From Deltaproteobacteria bacterium (GTDB taxonomy: Bacteria > Desulfobacterota > Binatia > HRBIN30 > CADEER01), in the NCBI GenBank assembly GCA_033764095.1, contig JANRJF010000254.1, positions 12,338 to 76,337 on the forward strand: a DNA stretch of 64,000 nucleotides, read 5' to 3'. This document shows, piece by piece, positions 49,441 to 58,107 of the stretch. Numbering within the stretch: position 1 is the first letter of the stretch; every line of letters starts with the position of its first letter. The translations under genes were made by a program, and so were the position numbers. The notes under the pieces are model-generated. The model did not search any database, was not told the origin of the DNA, and saw only the letters and a program-made list of their open reading frames with translations.

Positions 49441-50712
49441 ATGCGTACGGTCAATGCCAAGGGGAGCGCCACGCGGTTGTCCGCGGCGGTTCTGGCGGCA
49501 TCGCTGATCCTCGTCGGCTGGTCGGCTGGCGCGTCGGCGCAGGTGTCCCGGTCGGATCGGGCTGCCGGCTACGTCGTGCTGCCGAAAGTCATCGTTCACA
49601 CGACGGGCGGTGATCCGGCAGTGCCGGTGGGCGGCGTCGCCACCGACACGCTGATTCAGATGACGAACACGAACCAGGCGTCGGCGATCACGGTCGACTG
49701 CTGGTGGGTGAACGCCAACCGCCACTGCGGATCGGACGCTGGTCCTATCTGCCAGACCAATGCCGACTGCGCTCCTGGGCTCCAGTGCGTGCAGGGGTGG
49801 GCGGTGCTCGACTTCCAGGTGACGCTGTCGCCAGGGCAGCCGATCGGCTTCCTGGCTTCGACGGAGCTCAATCCGCTCCCGTGCGATCCGACCTTCCCGG
49901 GACCGGGATGCCTCGGCAACGCGGGCGGCGCGGTCCGTCCGGTGCCGGAGGATCCGTTCCAGGGTGAGCTGAAGTGCGTCCAGGTGGACGAGAATGACAT
50001 TCCGGTGGCGGAGAACGACCTCAAGATCGAGGCGACCGTCATCTCGACGACCGCCGGGGCGCCGGGGACTGCAACGACAGCAGCGTCCTACAACGGCGTG
50101 GGTTTCGAGGCCCTGGAAGAGGGCACGGGCGGGGTCGACGACCCGCTGTGCCTGGGTGGGCTGCCGATGGGAACGCCCCAGGGCGTGGAGTGCGCCGCCG
50201 AGTATGCACCGTGCCCGAACGTGCTCCACGTGGAGCACTTCTTCGACGGCGCCGTGACGGAGTTGGGCAGCACGGTGACCACCGACCTGACGCTGGTGCC
50301 GTGCAGTGAGAACCTGGGAGAGCCGGCTGAGCAACTCGACCTCCGCGTCACGGCGCAGATGCTGGTGTACAACGAGTTCGAGCAGCGGTTCTCGACCAAC
50401 AGTGTCGTGAATTGCTACCAGGCGACGCAGCTGTCGGACATCGACACGCAGCCGGGACCGGCAGGTAACCCGTACTCGATCTTCTCGGTTGGTGTTGAAG
50501 GAACGATCACGGGTCAGACGCGCATTCGCGGTGTCAGCGGTCCGCAGGGTCCGCTGGGTTACGGTCTGATCGGCGTGGCCTGCGAGGATCACAGCGTGGG
50601 CGGTGGCTCGGTGGTTGCCACCACGGCGTTCAACCTGCAGTCGGTTGGCTTCCGCGAGGGCGGCGACGCAGTGTACCGGACGCAGTTCCCGCAGCAGCCT
50701 GTGGTTCCGTGA
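49441..50712 (+). CDS. Secreted Cys-containing protein, uncharacterised paralog family, P6 (type A)
   Basis: GGGAAAGGAG RBS and a signal peptide ending ASAQ/V. Close paralog of P1 (DTLIQMTNT, PFQGELKCVQ, CPNVLHVEHFFDGA, LTLVPCSENL, LVYNEFEQRFSTN, SIFSVGVEGTITGQTRIRGV). Confidence 0.8.
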   Translation: MRTVNAKGSATRLSAAVLAASLILVGWSAGASAQVSRSDRAAGYVVLPKVIVHTTGGDPAVPVGGVATDTLIQMTNTNQASAITVDCWWVNANRHCGSDAGPICQTNADCAPGLQCVQGWAVLDFQVTLSPGQPIGFLASTELNPLPCDPTFPGPGCLGNAGGAVRPVPEDPFQGELKCVQVDENDIPVAENDLKIEATVISTTAGAPGTATTAASYNGVGFEALEEGTGGVDDPLCLGGLPMGTPQGVECAAEYAPCPNVLHVEHFFDGAVTELGSTVTTDLTLVPCSENLGEPAEQLDLRVTAQMLVYNEFEQRFSTNSVVNCYQATQLSDIDTQPGPAGNPYSIFSVGVEGTITGQTRIRGVSGPQGPLGYGLIGVACEDHSVGGGSVVATTAFNLQSVGFREGGDAVYRTQFPQQPVVP

Positions 50713-50740
50713 TCTGTAGTTGAAGCGAGACCGACCGAAG

Positions 50741-50775
50741 AGGCCGGAGTGGGAACCCACTCCGGCCTTTTTTTT
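50741..50775 (+). terminator. Intrinsic terminator of the P3-P6 operon
   Basis: aggccggagtggg / cccactccggcct, a 13-bp stem with a 2-nt loop, followed by a run of about 8 T. Begins 29 nt after the P6 stop. Confidence 0.85.
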
Positions 50776-50829
50776 CCCAAGAGGCTCGGCTAAAGCCGAA
50801 TTGGCGCACCGCAGGGTGCGAGGCACGCG

Positions 50830-51216
50830 ATGGCAGCGAAGCGAATCCTGGTCGTCGAGGACAACTTGGACAATCGTCGTATCCTCGTCTACCGCCTCAA
50901 GCGGATCGGCGAGTTCGAGATCGTCGAAGCGAGCAACGGCGAGGAGGCGCTCACCATCGTGCAGACCCCACCGCCGCCCGATCTGATCTTCATGGACCTG
51001 AAAATGCCGGTCATGGATGGATGGGAGGCGACCAAGAAGATCCGTCAGCTCGAGTTCGGGAAGGGCATTCCGATCATCGCGTTGACCGCGCAGGCGATGG
51101 CGGGGGACGAGCAGAAGGCACTGGCTGCCGGCTGCGACGACTACCTGGCGAAACCGATCGTCGATCTCAGTGTCGTGCGTACGAAGATGGAGCGTCTGCT
51201 GAGCCGAGTGCACTGA
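50830..51216 (+). CDS. Single-domain response regulator (CheY-like receiver)
   Basis: ILVVEDN, phospho-acceptor context LIFMDLKMPVMDG, ALTA, and DDYLAKP. No output domain. Confidence 0.88.
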   Translation: MAAKRILVVEDNLDNRRILVYRLKRIGEFEIVEASNGEEALTIVQTPPPPDLIFMDLKMPVMDGWEATKKIRQLEFGKGIPIIALTAQAMAGDEQKALAAGCDDYLAKPIVDLSVVRTKMERLLSRVH

Positions 51217-51312
51217 GGCGAGCCGCAGGGCGCGACTGGGCGGGGGCAGGAGCGGCGAGCGGGAGTTGGCTCGCGTGACAAGTTGTCCGGCGCTGACGGG
51301 CCGGATGACGCG

Positions 51313-53544
51313 ATGAGGAGATCTCGGCAGGCAGCGTCGGGTCGTTGGGCGTGGGTTGCGATCCCGCTGCTGGCGATCTGTGTGGGTGGCGGCCCGCTGC
51401 AAGCGGCCAGCGCGCTGTGCGAGGCGGGCGATGCGCGGACGCGGGTCGGGCTGGTGGTCGATGCCCTGTTCAGCGGCGGAGCCTGCGACGCGAACGGCGA
51501 CGGCGGGACCTCGGCGGCCGACCTGACCGCGGCGTGGAGTGAGCCGGCAGCGACGCCGACGGCCACGCCGAGCGCCACAGGGCCGGCGACACTCACCGCG
51601 ACGGCGACTGCCAGCGGGACGAGCCTGCCGGCGACGCCCGAGGCCACTGCCACGCCGACCGCTCCGTCGCCAAGTCCGACCGCGGTCGCGCAGGTGACCG
51701 CCAGCCGGACGGTGACCGCGACGCCCGTGCCGAGCGCGACGGCGAGCGCAACGCCTACCCTGGACGCCAGCCCCGGAGCGTCCGCTTCGGCGACGCCGAC
51801 GGCAACCGAGACCCCGACCGCCGCGGCAACCGAAACGGCGACCCTGGTGGATGCGGAGACTGAGACGCCGACCGCGCTGCCGACCGGAACGGCCAGCAGC
51901 ACGCTGACTCCAACCGTCGGCGCGCCGAGCGCGAGCCCCACGGCCGTGCCTACTGCAACCGTTGAAGCGACGCCGGTCGACTCCGCGACGGCAACCCCAA
52001 CGCGGACGGCGACCCATACCGCAACGGCCATCCCGACGCTGACAGCGACCCCGACTCGATCGCCAAGCTCAACCGCCAGCGCTTCTCCGACGCGAACCGC
52101 GACACGAACAGTGAGCGCGTCCCCCAGTGCGAGTGCGACGCGGACCGGCAGCGCGACGCGCACGCGCACGCCGACAACTGGTCCCACCGCCACGGCGTCT
52201 CAGAGCCCGACGCGGACCGCCACGGCGGTTGCCACGCTCACACCGACCCGCACGATCACCGGCACGCGGCCGGCAACGCCCACCCGCACCGCCACTGCCG
52301 CCGCGTCCCCGACCCGCAGCAGCACTCCCACCCGCACTCACAGCCCGACTCTCGCGGCGAGCGCCACGCGCACCTCGACGGTGACCCGGACCAGCAGCCC
52401 GACACGGACCGTCACCCAGGCCGCCAGCCACACACCGACGCGCAGCCCTTCTCCTACACGCACTGCGACCGCACCGATCGGTCTGCCGGGCACCGCAACG
52501 CAGACCCCGACCCGTAGCGCGTCGGTGACGCGGACGGCGACCTGGACGCGCACGCCAAGCGCCGCGCACTCCGCCTCGCCGACGACCACGGCCACGCGTA
52601 CGGGGACCGCCACCCGCACGCTGACCTACACCGCTGGCCCGTCGCCGACCCGTACCGGCACGGCGACCGGTACGGCAACCCTCGCCCCGAGCTCGACGCG
52701 TACGCCCACGCCAACGCCGACCGCTTCGGTGACCGCTACACACGTCCCCACCGGAACGCCGACGCACCCGCCGACCGCGTCGCCCACCGTCACGCCGACG
52801 CCAACCGCGTCAGCCAGCCGCACGCGCACGGGCACGCGAACGCCGACGCCGACGCGCACCGGCAGCGCGACCCAGACCGCCACCGCCACCGGCACGGCGA
52901 CCATCACGCGGACGCCAACGCGCACCGCCACCGGCACCCCGGCGCCCACCAACACTCCGCGGACAATCGGCGGCGAGATCACCGCCTTTGGCGTGGCGCG
53001 CGCCGACGGCCAACCGGTGATGACCATCGGTCCGCAGGACGACGGCTACCTGACGTTCGTCCGCCCGCCGAGCGGCTTCATCATCTACATCGAAGCAAAG
53101 CGCGGTCTCAGCGGACTGGCCGTGGGCTCGGAGACGTTTGCCTCGGACCCCAAGGATCCGAACGTGCTGCCCGATCTGCAGGTGCTCGTGTCACGGCCGC
53201 TCGGCAACGGCAGCACTGCGGTGTGCGACATCTCGCCGCCTGTCGGCGGCGTTCCGGCCGTCGTCCCACCGACGTTCGGCGGCTCGCAGGCGGTCAGCAA
53301 CGCGATCAACGATTTCTCGTGCCGCTTCGACGCGCGTGGCAGCTCGATGCAGGCCTGCACGCGCGACGGCTTTTCCGCCTACACGTTCACCGAGCCGAGC
53401 TCGACCATCCAGTTCTGCACCAGCCCCGGTATCGGCACCGAGCTCGCCTTCCCGCTCGGGGACACCATCGTCACCGCGCGTGTGCGCGACGTTGCCGGCC
53501 AGCCCGGCCACGCAAAGAGCATCGCGATCCGCGTGCTCGAGTGA
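51313..53544 (+). CDS. TR-B: secreted giant protein with one dockerin-like Ca-loop, about 470 aa of Thr-rich period-2 low complexity, and the same conserved C-terminal domain as TR-A
   Basis: Signal peptide ([23 protein letters not shown]), [14 protein letters not shown], and long T-x-T-x tracts. The C-terminal domain aligns with TR-A ([45 protein letters not shown]). Confidence 0.8.
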   Translation: MRRSRQAASGRWAWVAIPLLAICVGGGPLQAASALCEAGDARTRVGLVVDALFSGGACDANGDGGTSAADLTAAWSEPAATPTATPSATGPATLTATATASGTSLPATPEATATPTAPSPSPTAVAQVTASRTVTATPVPSATASATPTLDASPGASASATPTATETPTAAATETATLVDAETETPTALPTGTASSTLTPTVGAPSASPTAVPTATVEATPVDSATATPTRTATHTATAIPTLTATPTRSPSSTASASPTRTATRTVSASPSASATRTGSATRTRTPTTGPTATASQSPTRTATAVATLTPTRTITGTRPATPTRTATAAASPTRSSTPTRTHSPTLAASATRTSTVTRTSSPTRTVTQAASHTPTRSPSPTRTATAPIGLPGTATQTPTRSASVTRTATWTRTPSAAHSASPTTTATRTGTATRTLTYTAGPSPTRTGTATGTATLAPSSTRTPTPTPTASVTATHVPTGTPTHPPTASPTVTPTPTASASRTRTGTRTPTPTRTGSATQTATATGTATITRTPTRTATGTPAPTNTPRTIGGEITAFGVARADGQPVMTIGPQDDGYLTFVRPPSGFIIYIEAKRGLSGLAVGSETFASDPKDPNVLPDLQVLVSRPLGNGSTAVCDISPPVGGVPAVVPPTFGGSQAVSNAINDFSCRFDARGSSMQACTRDGFSAYTFTEPSSTIQFCTSPGIGTELAFPLGDTIVTARVRDVAGQPGHAKSIAIRVLE

Positions 53545-53572
53545 CGCGCGCCGGCGCGGGCGCGCCGGGGGC

Positions 53573-53818
53573 TCAGTGGATCGGCTCCTCGCCGTCGGCC
53601 GGCATGCCGTTGCCCGCCGCGTCCGCCTGTACCGTGACGCCGTGCCGGCGCGCGAACTCCAGGATGGTCGCCTTGGCGAGCTTGCTCGGCCGGAAGCGGC
53701 CGTTCTCCCATCGGTTCACGGTGCCGACCGTGATGCCGAGAGAGTGCGCGAACTCTTCCTGCGTCATGCCGAGCTGCCGGCGCAGGTGGCGGATGAAATC
53801 GCTCATGTTGTCGTCCAT
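53573..53818 (-). CDS. XRE-family helix-turn-helix transcriptional regulator
   Basis: 81 aa: LGMTQEEFAHSLGITVGTVNRWENG. GGAGG RBS before the ATG at 53818. Convergent with TR-B. Confidence 0.8.
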   Translation of the reverse strand: MDDNMSDFIRHLRRQLGMTQEEFAHSLGITVGTVNRWENGRFRPSKLAKATILEFARRHGVTVQADAAGNGMPADGEEPIH

Positions 53819-54047
53819 GCCTCCGATGCCTCCAACCGTCGAGCCACGCTGTGGCGATCGGCCCAGCAAGACAGCAAGCGATATGCCACAAGGTTTCTGC
53901 TGTCGTCCGGCACTTTGCACGGCATTTCGCCGTCATTCCGGTGCCATCCGGCATGAGCGCATAGCGTCCGCCGGCAGCCGAGCGACGTTTCACCCGGCCG
54001 CGACGCCGTGAATTGACATAGCCTCGGCAGTTGGCGAATGGTCGCGC

Positions 54048-54701
54048 ATGCCGTTCTGGGGGAGCAGCCGGGCCTGGTTGGTTGGCCTGGCGCTGGGCAC
54101 CGCGCTGTGGCTTGCCGGAGGGGTGCGGCCGGCGCTTGCCGTCGAGCGTTTTGCTGGTCCGCCCCTGCAGACCGTGAGCTGGGCCCTGGCCTTCGACGAG
54201 TCGGTCGACCCGGACATCCATGATGCCGCGAAGGGTTTCTCCCGCGAACTGCGTCGTTACTGGCGCACCCTCGGCTGGCTGTTCGCCAAGGTCACCACGT
54301 GGTGGGGCCTATGGTTCAAGCGCGCCGCGTTCAGCCTCAGCGTCGCCATCGTCGCCGTGCTCGCCGACGGCGGGCTGATGAACGTCTGGCGCAACGACGG
54401 CTTCCGCGCCCTGACGTCGTACGTACCGCTGATGCTCTACGTCTACGCGCGCCTGCTGTTCTCGCGCGGCGTCAGCCTGGCGCCCAAGCTGCTTTTGCTG
54501 GCCGCGATCGTCTACGGCGTGGTGCGCGAGGACTTCCTGCCCGACCGCCGCCTGTTGCGCGGCCGCATCGAGGACATCGTCTTCATCTTCGTCGCCGCGC
54601 GCCTCTTCGTCTACGCCTGCCCGCAGCCGTTGGTCGACGCCTTCGCGACTCGCGCGGTGCGCTGGCGGCAACGCGTCGCGTCGATCCAGCGCGCGCGCTG
54701 A
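54048..54701 (+). CDS. Membrane protein, DUF1232/YkvA-like C-terminal region
   Basis: Several TM helices and a motif resembling DUF1232 (IVYGVVREDFLPDRRLLRGRIEDIVFIFVAA). The family call is tentative. Confidence 0.45.
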   Translation: MPFWGSSRAWLVGLALGTALWLAGGVRPALAVERFAGPPLQTVSWALAFDESVDPDIHDAAKGFSRELRRYWRTLGWLFAKVTTWWGLWFKRAAFSLSVAIVAVLADGGLMNVWRNDGFRALTSYVPLMLYVYARLLFSRGVSLAPKLLLLAAIVYGVVREDFLPDRRLLRGRIEDIVFIFVAARLFVYACPQPLVDAFATRAVRWRQRVASIQRAR

Positions 54702-54710
54702 ACGCGCGGC

Positions 54711-55154
54711 TCAGCCGCCGACGGTGCCGTCGCGCGCCCGCTGCGGCAGGCTGGCGGCGTCGCCCTGCGGGCGCACTTCTTTCTGTTCGAGGTCCACGCG
54801 CCACAGCGCCGTGCGGTGGTTGTTCTCTTCCTTCCACAGCAGGCTGACCTCGTACTCCGGCCCGTCCTTCTGCACCGAGTTCCAGCTGAACTCGCCGACG
54901 TAGCCGCCCTTCTCCTTGGCCTTCAGCGAATAGCCCTTGAGCAGGTCCTCGAGCGTGTCGGGCTGGTTGTCCGGCTTGAAGGTGCGCACCAGGTCGATGG
55001 CCTCCTTGCTGCGGCCGGACCACTCCTCGGTGTCCTGCAACTGCGAGATCACCACCCACGCGAATCCGATGGTGAACAACGCCAGCCCGCCCCAGCCGAT
55101 GATCGCCGAGATCGCGCTGCCGTCCTTCTTCTGCTGCGGTTGTGCCTGAGCCAT
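54711..55154 (-). CDS. Membrane-anchored hypothetical protein
   Basis: 147 aa with one N-terminal TM helix (AIIGWGGLALFTIGFAWVVI) followed by a soluble, non-GC-artefact composition (K/E/W-containing). Confidence 0.5.
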   Translation of the reverse strand: MAQAQPQQKKDGSAISAIIGWGGLALFTIGFAWVVISQLQDTEEWSGRSKEAIDLVRTFKPDNQPDTLEDLLKGYSLKAKEKGGYVGEFSWNSVQKDGPEYEVSLLWKEENNHRTALWRVDLEQKEVRPQGDAASLPQRARDGTVGG

Positions 55155-55250
55155 TGGTGAACACCCCTGAAAGGAATTCTGTGCAACCCGACCCTGTAAC
55201 GAACGCCCGGCGGTGTGGCAACCCGCGCGGCGGGGCGGGCGCGGCAGCGC

Positions 55251-55988
55251 TCAGAGCTGCCCGGGGGTCAGCGAACCGCGGCCTTCGCGGCGGCCCTTGC
55301 GCAGCGCCGGGATGGCGCGGATGCGCTCGTCGGGCAGCAGGTCCCAGAGAATGCCGCGCGGGCGCGGGTAGAGGCTGGGCGCCGCCACCACCTGGTCGGG
55401 CGTGATCAGGAAGTCGATCGGAATGTCGTGCGCGCGCATGGCGATGCGATCGTCCACCACCTGCAACGGATGCACGGTGGTGACGATCGGCGTGTACTCG
55501 CGCACCTTGCCGGCGCGCCGCAACAGCGCGTACTCCAGGTCGGCCGCGCCGCTGCCGCGCCCGACGCGCGCGCCCTGGCGCGACACCGCCACCGAACCGA
55601 CCAGCACGAGGTCGATCGGATGCAACTCATGTGGCGCCACCGGGCGCCCGTAGCGCAGCGCGCCGCGCAGGCTGGCGGCGCGCCACACGTTGGCGCCGAG
55701 CCGCGCCGGATCGAGCTCGAGAAAGCAGCGCTCGGCGCGCAGACCGGGAACCGGCAGGTAGACGATCTTGCCGTCGCGCAACGCGGCGCGGCGCAGCGCC
55801 AGTTGCGGCGCGCCGAGATCGAACTTCACCACCTTGGCGCGCTTCCAGATGGTGAGCTGGCTGAGCAGCTTGGCGGCGCGTTCGGCGCCGAGGAAGTTCG
55901 GGATGCGCCCGTGCGCGCCCGGGAACCGGACGACGCCCGCCGCGGTCACGCGGGTCCACACCTTGTGACGGATCGCGTCCTTCGTCAT
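55251..55988 (-). CDS. 5-formyltetrahydrofolate cyclo-ligase family protein
   Basis: The layout and the GARVGRGSGAADLEYALL block resemble the G-x-R-x-G-x-G-x-G-x-x-D motif of the family. Exact activity is uncertain. Confidence 0.5.
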   Translation of the reverse strand: MTKDAIRHKVWTRVTAAGVVRFPGAHGRIPNFLGAERAAKLLSQLTIWKRAKVVKFDLGAPQLALRRAALRDGKIVYLPVPGLRAERCFLELDPARLGANVWRAASLRGALRYGRPVAPHELHPIDLVLVGSVAVSRQGARVGRGSGAADLEYALLRRAGKVREYTPIVTTVHPLQVVDDRIAMRAHDIPIDFLITPDQVVAAPSLYPRPRGILWDLLPDERIRAIPALRKGRREGRGSLTPGQL

Positions 55989-56041
55989 GCGTCTGCGCGC
56001 CCGGCCAGAGACTCGGAGCTACTACAGCGGCTCGCGGACAG

Positions 56042-56872
56042 TCAATCTGGATCCGCGAGGCGGCGACAGACGATGAGAAAGCCGGTGTGCGCCACCATGC
56101 GATGCTCGGGCCGGATGCTGAGGCCCTTGGCATGCCAGGGGCGCATGATCGTCTCGCTGATCTCGATCGCGCCGAAGCCGGCGGCCGGCGCGAGATCGGC
56201 GAACTGTTTCACCTGCATCACCGTCGGCAGGTAGACGACCAGCACGCCGCCCGGCCGCAGCGCCGCGTGCACCGCGGCGAGCGCCGTCCACGGCTCGGAG
56301 AAGTCGAGCACGACGCGATCGAGGTTGCGCTCCGCGATGCCCTCGCGCACGTCGGCCTGCACCACCGTCCACTGCGGCGCGTCGCCGTGAAACTCGGCGA
56401 TGTTGGCGCGCACCATCTCGATGAACTCCTCGCGCAGCTCGTAGGAGAACAGTCGCCCGGTTGGTCCGATGACGCGCAGCAAAGCCAGGGTCAGCGCCCC
56501 CGGCCCGGTGCCGGCTTCGAGCACGCGCATGCCCGGCTGGATGTCGCCCCACAACAAGATGGGCCCGACATCCTTCGGATAGATGACCTGCGCGCGACGC
56601 GGCAGGTTGGGGATGAGCTGCGCGTAGGTCGGCCGCAGCATGAGGAAGTCCTCGCCGCTGGCAGTGCGCACCGTGCGCCCCTCGGGACGGCCGATGAGCT
56701 CGTCGGCCGGAATCGTGCTGCCGCGCAACTTGACCATGGCGCCAGCGCGCAGGCGCTTGAGGTACTCGCGCGCCTTGCTGTCGATGAACAGCACCGACTC
56801 GCCGGCACGCAGCGGTTTGCGGTCGTCCGGCTCCGGCACGGCGGGAGCGGACGCGACGAGCGGATCGGACAT
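56042..56872 (-). CDS. trmI: tRNA (adenine58-N1)-methyltransferase TrmI (GCD14 family)
   Basis: IYPKD, SAM motif VLEAGTGPGALT, and DLSEPW-like DFSEPW. Confidence 0.85.
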   Translation of the reverse strand: MSDPLVASAPAVPEPDDRKPLRAGESVLFIDSKAREYLKRLRAGAMVKLRGSTIPADELIGRPEGRTVRTASGEDFLMLRPTYAQLIPNLPRRAQVIYPKDVGPILLWGDIQPGMRVLEAGTGPGALTLALLRVIGPTGRLFSYELREEFIEMVRANIAEFHGDAPQWTVVQADVREGIAERNLDRVVLDFSEPWTALAAVHAALRPGGVLVVYLPTVMQVKQFADLAPAAGFGAIEISETIMRPWHAKGLSIRPEHRMVAHTGFLIVCRRLADPD

Positions 56873-56875
56873 GGT

Positions 56876-57799
56876 TCAGCGCCCGCCCGCCGCGCGTCGC
56901 TCGCGCTTGGTCTCGGTCTCGCGCACCAGCCGGCAGAAACCGCACAACTCGCCGAACGCCGGCATGCCGCAGCCGGTGCACGTGTTGGGCGGCGACTCCG
57001 GCGCGCTGGCCAGCGCCGGCTGGGCGCGCGCCAGGAAGTCCTGCACGAAGGTCAGCTTGCTGCCGGGGCTGGCCGCTTCCAGTCGGTTGAGCATGTCCTT
57101 GTACACCAGCTGCGTCGCGCCGACCGCGTTGGGACATTCGTCGACGACGTAGTCGATGCCGCGCATGAACGCGTACACCGCCGCCTCGTACTCGGTGATG
57201 CGGAACAGCGGCTTCACCTTGCGCACGAAGCGCTCGTGCGTCGGCTGCAGCACCGGCCGCTGGCGCGCCAGGTGCGGCATCTGCCAGTGGAGCACGTTGC
57301 CGAGCAGGCGCGCCGCCTCGTCGTCGAGGTTGTGGCCGGTGGCGACCACCGGAAAGCCGCGGTCGACCGCCAGTTGATCGAAATAGTGCCGCTTCATCGT
57401 GCCGCACGCCGAGCACGCCGGGCGCCGCGTCAGCTGCGCGACGTCGTTCACCGCCAGCCCCTGCTCGGCGAGCGGCACGGTGATCAGCGGCAGATTGCGC
57501 GCCGCCGCGAAGGCGACCGTCTTCTCGGTCGAGGCATCGGAATACTCGCCGATGCCGAGCGAGAGGTGCAGGCCGGTGGTGGTGTAGCCGAGCCCGACCA
57601 GCACGTCCCACAAGGCCAGGCTGTCCTTGCCGCCCGACACCGCCACCAGCACCGCCTCGCCCGGCGCGATCATGCGCTCCTTCTCGATCGCCCGCTCGAC
57701 CTGGCGCTGGAAGAAGAAGAGGAAGCAGGCGCGGCAGAAGTTGCTGTTGTGCTGGCGCAGCTGCACTTCCGCCGGCGCCTTGCAGCGCGTGCACTTCAT
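56876..57799 (-). CDS. ttuA: TtuA-like tRNA 2-thiolation PP-loop ATPase
   Basis: N-terminal Zn-finger (CTRC...CRAC), PP-loop SGGKDS, Fe-S Cys block CSACGTMKR, HNLDD, and a C-terminal Zn-finger (CTGCG...CGFC). Confidence 0.8.
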   Translation of the reverse strand: MKCTRCKAPAEVQLRQHNSNFCRACFLFFFQRQVERAIEKERMIAPGEAVLVAVSGGKDSLALWDVLVGLGYTTTGLHLSLGIGEYSDASTEKTVAFAAARNLPLITVPLAEQGLAVNDVAQLTRRPACSACGTMKRHYFDQLAVDRGFPVVATGHNLDDEAARLLGNVLHWQMPHLARQRPVLQPTHERFVRKVKPLFRITEYEAAVYAFMRGIDYVVDECPNAVGATQLVYKDMLNRLEAASPGSKLTFVQDFLARAQPALASAPESPPNTCTGCGMPAFGELCGFCRLVRETETKRERRAAGGR

Positions 57800-58014
57800 C
57801 GCGCCGCCTCGCGCTGCGGCGCGCCGCCGGAGATCACCGAGCGCACCTCGATGTCGTCGTCGGCCTCCAGCATGCTGTTCTCCGGCACCAGCACGTCGCC
57901 GCGGATCACCATCGCGGTGCCGGGCAGGAAGCCGAGCTCGCGCAGCACGTCGGCGGCGCGGCGGCGGCCGACGATCTCGACCTGTTTGCGTGTCGGCAGG
58001 ATGGTGATGCGCAT
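57796..58014 (-). CDS. ThiS/MoaD-like sulfur-carrier protein (TtuB-like) with an 8-aa extension after Gly-Gly
   Basis: 72 aa with beta-grasp-like length and pattern, ending ...IEVRSVISGG-APQREAAR. ATGA overlap with the ttuA start. Confidence 0.6.
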   Translation of the reverse strand: MRITILPTRKQVEIVGRRRAADVLRELGFLPGTAMVIRGDVLVPENSMLEADDDIEVRSVISGGAPQREAAR

Positions 58015-58107
58015 CGGACCCGCGAGAATAGGAGGGCGCGCGCGGCGAGACAAGGGTAGGGACGGCGCGCCTTGACTCCGCTCCGGGCCACCCATAGGCA
58101 CGCTGGC

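Noticed and set aside
53545-53572. GC-rich palindrome (gcgcgcc ggcgcg ggcgcgc) between convergent TR-B and the XRE gene, considered as a terminator.
   Set aside because: The stem is short and there is no T tract on either strand. A role is possible, but it cannot be supported as an intrinsic terminator from sequence alone.
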